DNA of 64,000 nt, taken from NCBI GenBank assembly GCA_964016885.1, contig OZ024741.1, forward strand, positions 161,324,001 through 161,388,000. Reading direction: 5' to 3'. Below the pieces are notes generated by a model. It did not search any database and was not told where the DNA came from. It worked only from the letters and a program-made list of their open reading frames with translations. Shown piece by piece: positions 58,808-64,000 of the stretch. The DNA is from Eledone cirrhosa. Its lineage: Eukaryota. Position 1 is the first letter of the stretch. Each line of letters begins with the position of its first letter. The translations under genes and the position numbers were made by a program.

Positions 58808-59410
58808 TCATCTCTTGAATCGCGAGAATGTTTTGCAAATTTTGATGGTGCCAGCTATCGCAGCCATTTGTAGACTATGAATTAGGGAGCTGCGCTCTTT
58901 GTCCACAAATCCAAGTTCAGTCATACTTTGGTCCAAGCGGGTTGGTATATAACCCGTAGCTCCAATAATGATGGGTATGAAGCTAAAGGTGTATCTTGGA
59001 TACTGGATTTGTAAACTCCTCATCAATGGTCCGTAGATGTCCTCCTTCTCCTGTATTTTTCTGACAATGTTTACATCAAGTGGGCAGCTGATCTCCACAA
59101 CAGAACACGTTTTCAATGCGTGGTCCCAAACAACAATATCAGGCCGGTTGTGCTTTAATTTGGTGGCAGTTTTTATTTTCAGGTTCCACCAGTATTCCTT
59201 AGTGCCATCTGTCTCAATATATTCTTCCTCGTTTGTTGTTAATTTTGTTTTCCGAAGTGCGTTCCAGATGGTTCTAGCTATCCCATCGTGTCTCATGGGG
59301 AGGTAGTAGCGAGATGACATTCTTTCGCAGCTGGCAACAATGTGGCTTACATCCTCGATCTTTGTTTTACATAGCCTACATTTATTGTCAGCTGATGGCC
59401 CTCCCCTTTT
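58808..59410 (-). pseudogene. R4/Dong-type non-LTR C-terminus: CCHC knuckle plus restriction-like endonuclease
   Basis: CRLC..E.VSHIVASC, RHD, NRPDIVV, VEISCP, K...Y, PIIIGATG. Confidence 0.88.
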
Positions 59411-59709
59411 GTGTATGTATGTATGTATGTGTGTATGTGTGTGTGTGGTGGTGGTGGTGGGGGGGGGGGGTGAACATAAATTGAAGAGGTTGAAAAAGGA
59501 TTGAAGCGATGAGTGCATATGAATTTTCATAGAATTGTAGGAATGTCAGCGCGTGATTAGCTGTGAACAGTTGATTGTTACGTGCCTATCGAAAAGTCAG
59601 GTTATAACCACATATTGAAGCTCAATATGTGGTTATATTTTAACCCAACTTATGGCAATTCATATATATATATACACCCTTTACATGTGCATATATATAT
59701 ATACACACA

Positions 59710-60052
59710 TGTAAAGGGTAAAAATCCCCTTTGGTCACGAATGACCATGGGGTTTTTGCATTTAGAAAGGTCTCCTCCGAGGCATAAGCCCGGGGAAGGT
59801 GCTTTTGTGGAAGACCAGCAGTCGCCCATTCATACCAGTCTCTCTACGCCACCGATGTAGTCTATGAGAAAGGCAAAGACCGATACAGCTTGGAACTATT
59901 GGTGTCACAACTTATTTCTACACCTGAGTGAACTGGAACAACCGGTAATAAAGTGTCTTTCTAAAGGAAACAACGCATCGCCCGATCCGGCAATCGAACT
60001 CACAACTTCATGATCGTGAATTCAACTCTCTAACCACTAAGCTTCGCGCCTT
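59710..60052 (-). mobile_element. tRNA-derived SINE
   Basis: GCTTAGTGGTTAGAG...GAGTTCGATTGCC head; body similar to 15060-15205. Confidence 0.75.
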
Positions 60053-60098
60053 CTATTCAAATGGAAGACAGGGCAAAACAAATATTTCCGTTCATTAT

Positions 60099-60418
60099 CT
60101 TCTTCTTCTTCTTCTTCTTCTTCTTCTTCTTCTTCTTCTTCTTCTTCTTCTTCTTCTTCTTCTTCGCCCACATATTTCTGGGAGGGTCGTGAGGGCAGAG
60201 TCCTCAAACACTCCTTCCAGTGGGTCCTGTCAGAAGCAACCGTCTCCAATTGATCCGGCTGGATCCCAAAGCGAGACCAGCTCAACTCATGGATGTTATC
60301 CAACCATCTTGCTCGGGGTCTACCCCTGGGCCTCCTGTCGATTGGTTTTGCTCGTAAAATCTGTCCAGCGATTCTTTCCTGAGACATTTTAACCACATGG
60401 CCGCAATATCGGAACTGT
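60099..60418 (-). mobile_element. RTE 3' fragment with (GAA)n tail
   Basis: RPRGRPRARW..A.DR..W motif followed by (GAA)n. Confidence 0.82.
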
Positions 60419-60590
60419 GATATATATAACTAAAATATCTGCACAAGGAACAAAGATAACATTATCTCCGCTCATCAGCCGTTCAACTGGAATGGACACA
60501 GTGTGATATCAACTGAATTATTGATAGTATCAACGGCCCGTCCCAGGATTTCAGAAGATAGAAAAAAAAAGTAATGCCCCATCCACTGGA

Positions 60591-60669
<79 letters not shown>

Positions 60670-60671
<2 letters not shown>

Positions 60672-61183
60672 AAAGAATAGAGGTGTAACACACAAGTTAT
60701 TATATATTGGTAAACGGAATAGAAAATGCTGACAAATTGTTCACAGTTGAAAAATGGTTTAATTAGGAATAAAAGAGTATTAGTGATTGTATGGGTTAGT
60801 ATTCAGTTGTGGTTTTAAGTTTTTTTTAACATAAAAACAGTCTTGGCGCAAAATCAACTTTTTACATTCACATGACCTCTACCGACCAATCAAAATTGTT
60901 TTGACCACAAGCATTTTTGCAACACAAAAATAACGCTGGAGCCACCTTTTTAACATAAAAACAGGTAGAATTCCCAAAACTAATCAGATCAGAGCAAACA
61001 GCACGGACACTCTATCTCAAAATTATTTTTGAAAAGCATTTAGAAATGCGCAACCGGTAAAAACTTAAAAACTTAAAACCACAACTGAATACTAACCCAT
61101 ACAATCACTAATACTCTTTTATTCCTAATTAAACCATTTTTCAACTGTGAACAATTTGTCAGCATTTTCTATTCCGTTTACCA

Positions 61184-61190
<7 letters not shown>
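60670..61190. mobile_element. PLE pseudo-LTR with inverted copy (60701-60825 / 61067-61190); HHR-like motif at 61026-61063
   Basis: TTT-TTGAAAA-GCATT-TAGA-AATGC-GCAA-CCGG-TA-AAA; same family as 15238-15548. Confidence 0.78.
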
Positions 61191-61206
<16 letters not shown>

Positions 61207-61214
<8 letters not shown>

Positions 61215-61630
61215 TAAACAAATAATGAATAAAACAATGAAACAGTTCCTTATATTAAACAAAAAAAGTTCATTATTTAACGATCGTTTCTAGGATATAT
61301 ATGTGTTAGAATTGGCATGCATATTCAACAGATCTATGTACAAAATTATACAAAATTATACAAACTATCAAGATTAAATATACATACCAACACATATATA
61401 CGCCGTCTTCAGAAATAATTATTTCTGAAGACGGCGTATATATGTGTTGGTATGTATATTTAATCTTGATAGTTTGTATAATTTTGTATAATTTTGTACA
61501 TAGATCTGTTGAATATGCATGCCAATTCTAACACATATATATCCTAGAAACAATCGTTAAATAATTAACTTTTTTTGTTTAATATAAGGAACTGTTTCAT
61601 TGTTTTATTCATTATTTGTTTAATATTTTA
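61207..61630. repeat. 424-bp spacerless palindrome
   Basis: Centre 61418/61419; about 2 mismatches between arms. Confidence 0.95.
61417..61566 (+). ncRNA. Type I hammerhead with ~115-nt stem II (mirror copy on minus strand at about 61271-61420)
   Basis: AATTATTT-CTGAAGA-(TATATATGTGTT/AACACATATATA; TTGGTATGTATATT/AATATGCATGCCAA)-GAAA-CRATCG-TT-AAATAATT. Confidence 0.72.
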
Positions 61631-61762
61631 TCTTGACTCTGTATACCGTTTATCTTTCACCGAAAGTGATTTTTCATTACATCTCTTCTTTCCATGATAT
61701 CCGGAATACATTGAGTTCTTCATACGGATTGGACACTACCGTAAACTCTTGGTAGATTTATC

Positions 61763-61837
<75 letters not shown>

Positions 61838-61865
61838 TGTATATGGAGAGAGAGAGAGAGGGGGA

Positions 61866-62142
61866 GAGGTGCAGACATGGTTGTGGGTTAAGAAGTTCAT
61901 CTTGTAACTATGTGGTTTGGAGTTCATTCTCACTGCAGGTGTCTCCTATACATGCATATATAAATATATATGTGTGTTTATGTCCCGTAACTGAGCGGTT
62001 CGACAAAAAAGGATCGATAAAATAAGTAAGTACCAGACATTAAAAATAAGTAAAGCCCTGGGATTAATATGATCGACAAAATTAAAATGGGTATCCCACT
62101 ATGACCGCGGTCTAATGACTTAAACTAGTAAAGAGTAAAAAA
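61866..62142 (+). mobile_element. Decayed SINE with CR1/L2-like tail
   Basis: tRNA-like head; tail resembles 56335-56386. Confidence 0.6.
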
Positions 62143-62150
62143 TATGAGTG

Positions 62151-62205
<55 letters not shown>

Positions 62206-62657
62206 TTACTATATACATTCCTGTTAAAAACCATTTCTTACCTTATGCGTAACATATTTAAGCTTAGATTTGTGTCACCAAACTAACTGGACCAACGCCC
62301 TAAACTATACGCCTCTGGGTGGTTATTCATGCTACTAGAAATAGCAGCCAGATCATCCTAAATATCACCTAGGACGACTTTTTAGATAAGGACAAGCATG
62401 TGATACTCGGTTCCTTGTAGATCGAGAAAGAGATGGCATGGTAATGGCTGACATGCTTTGATCATATGTCTGCGCGATTAGGGTTGCCTGGGGCTAAACA
62501 ACAACAACAATAATAATCAACAGTATAATATTTTGTTATAGCCTGTCATAACAATTAACACTAACTAAAAGACTTAGGTTATTCAAGCCATCTCCTCATA
62601 TATGCATGAACATGTATGTAAGGGCCTTGTTTCAGGAGGGTTCCAGGGGACAAGTCC

Positions 62658-62779
<122 letters not shown>

Positions 62780-63040
62780 TTTCCAACGTCTATATTATAT
62801 GTTTTGTTTATTTAATATAATGAATTCTTTTTAAGCTTATTTTTTTTATATCTGAACTACTTTTGAATATATAAAATTCAATTAGCGTAAAATTTTACTT
62901 ATGTGATAGGGTCTGGGAAAGGCACCATAAGCAATTTATGCTCCTTTAAGAATCAACAAATGTTGGTTTGTCCTCCTCACATTTTTAAGGCAAACGAAGC
63001 CCCTGTATGTATGTATGTATGTATGTATTTTTTTTTTTTT

Positions 63041-63335
63041 ACTGGAACATTCCACCAGTACTCTTTCATATTATGTATATGTATGTCTTCCACATTACTG
63101 TAGCTTTTAATGTGTTTATTATCGGGGCTATCTTTTCTACGGATTGCATTGTACAGTGTTTTGGCCACTACATCATGCCTCATAGGTAGATAGTACCGCG
63201 ATGACATCTTTGGACAGCTGCTTATGATATGGGTGACATCTTCGATATGCAGAGTCTGCACTTGTTATCACATCAAGGTGTTTTGCCTGCATCCATATCT
63301 CTTTTGTGAATCAGATATTTTGTGTTGATTTCCTG
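63041..63335 (-). pseudogene. Second R4/Dong-type fragment
   Basis: CRL..IEDVTHIISSCPKMSSRYYLPMRHD..EYWWN. Confidence 0.85.
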
Positions 63336-63410
63336 TGAATCAGGTATTTTGTGTTTATGAATCAGGTATTTTGTGTTTATGAATCAGGTATTTTGTGTTG
63401 ATGAATCAGG
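63306..63410. repeat. ~22-bp tandem repeat TGAATCAGGTATTTTGTGTT
   Basis: Four to five units at the 5' junction of the R4 fragment. Confidence 0.85.
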
Positions 63411-63585
63411 TAAAAATATGTAAAACATTCCAAAAACTTTGCATTTTGCATATACACATGTACAGATACAAAGCGTATGCACATGCACACATACAACTCA
63501 AAACATACACATCCACACATACAATAACATCCATACCTACACATGCATGCACACATGCATACAAACATACACACGTAACATACAC

Positions 63586-63769
63586 ATTTTTGGATGGTCA
63601 TTGACTCTTATGAGTTCTGCCCTTTGTCAGGTCTTGTTTTTTGTCCTGCAGTGTGTCCAAAATCACCCTCCTCACCAAGTAAACTTGGTGGGGTTGCCGG
63701 TTTAGTCGCCGACGACCCGACCATGCGACTGGGTTACATGTTACCAGTAGCACTGAAGAGTGACCAGAC

Positions 63770-63770
<1 letters not shown>
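63586..63770 (-). mobile_element. 5' part of the TG...CA element
   Basis: Reverse complement of 32211-32408, starting TGTCTGGTCAC next to (TA)n. Confidence 0.8.
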
Positions 63771-63800
<30 letters not shown>

Positions 63801-64000
63801 CATAGATACACACACATATATATATATATACACACACACACATATATATACACGCATACACACACACATATATATATATATATATGTATATACATATACA
63901 CATGCATACATATATATGTATATACATATACACATGCATACATATATATGTATATACATATACACATGCATACATATACATATATATATACAAATATATA

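Noticed and set aside
60440-60490. Minus-strand CTGATGA plus hairpin
   Set aside because: No GAAA or stem III follows; at most a truncated HHR half
63306-63410. CRISPR-like short repeats (also 31490 and 53880)
   Set aside because: No unique spacers or cas genes; eukaryotic tandem repeats

Overview
AT-rich metazoan genomic DNA with no recognisable host exon; the repeat repertoire suggests a mollusc, probably a cephalopod such as Octopus (inference). Nearly all long ORFs in the track are artefacts of (TA)n/(TATG)n microsatellites. The real content is nested retroelements: RTE-clade LINEs (one near full length, three copies with a PHD-like finger), a CR1/L2-type LINE, R4/Dong-type endonuclease fragments, tRNA-derived SINEs, a non-autonomous LTR element with PBS/PPT/TSD, a TG...CA repeat family sitting in TA repeats, and at least six Penelope-like element (PLE) fragments. 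Reading by eye gives about 25 intact or decayed type I hammerhead ribozyme (HHR) motifs, mostly in PLE pseudo-LTRs. Main observations: (i) four sequence families carry a compensated U3-A8 core (UUGANAA in place of CUGANGA), which a canonical search would miss; (ii) three DNA junctions fall at or next to a predicted HHR cleavage site; (iii) there are many fold-back palindromes built from HHR-bearing ends. All folds were predicted by hand and coordinates may be off by a few bases.
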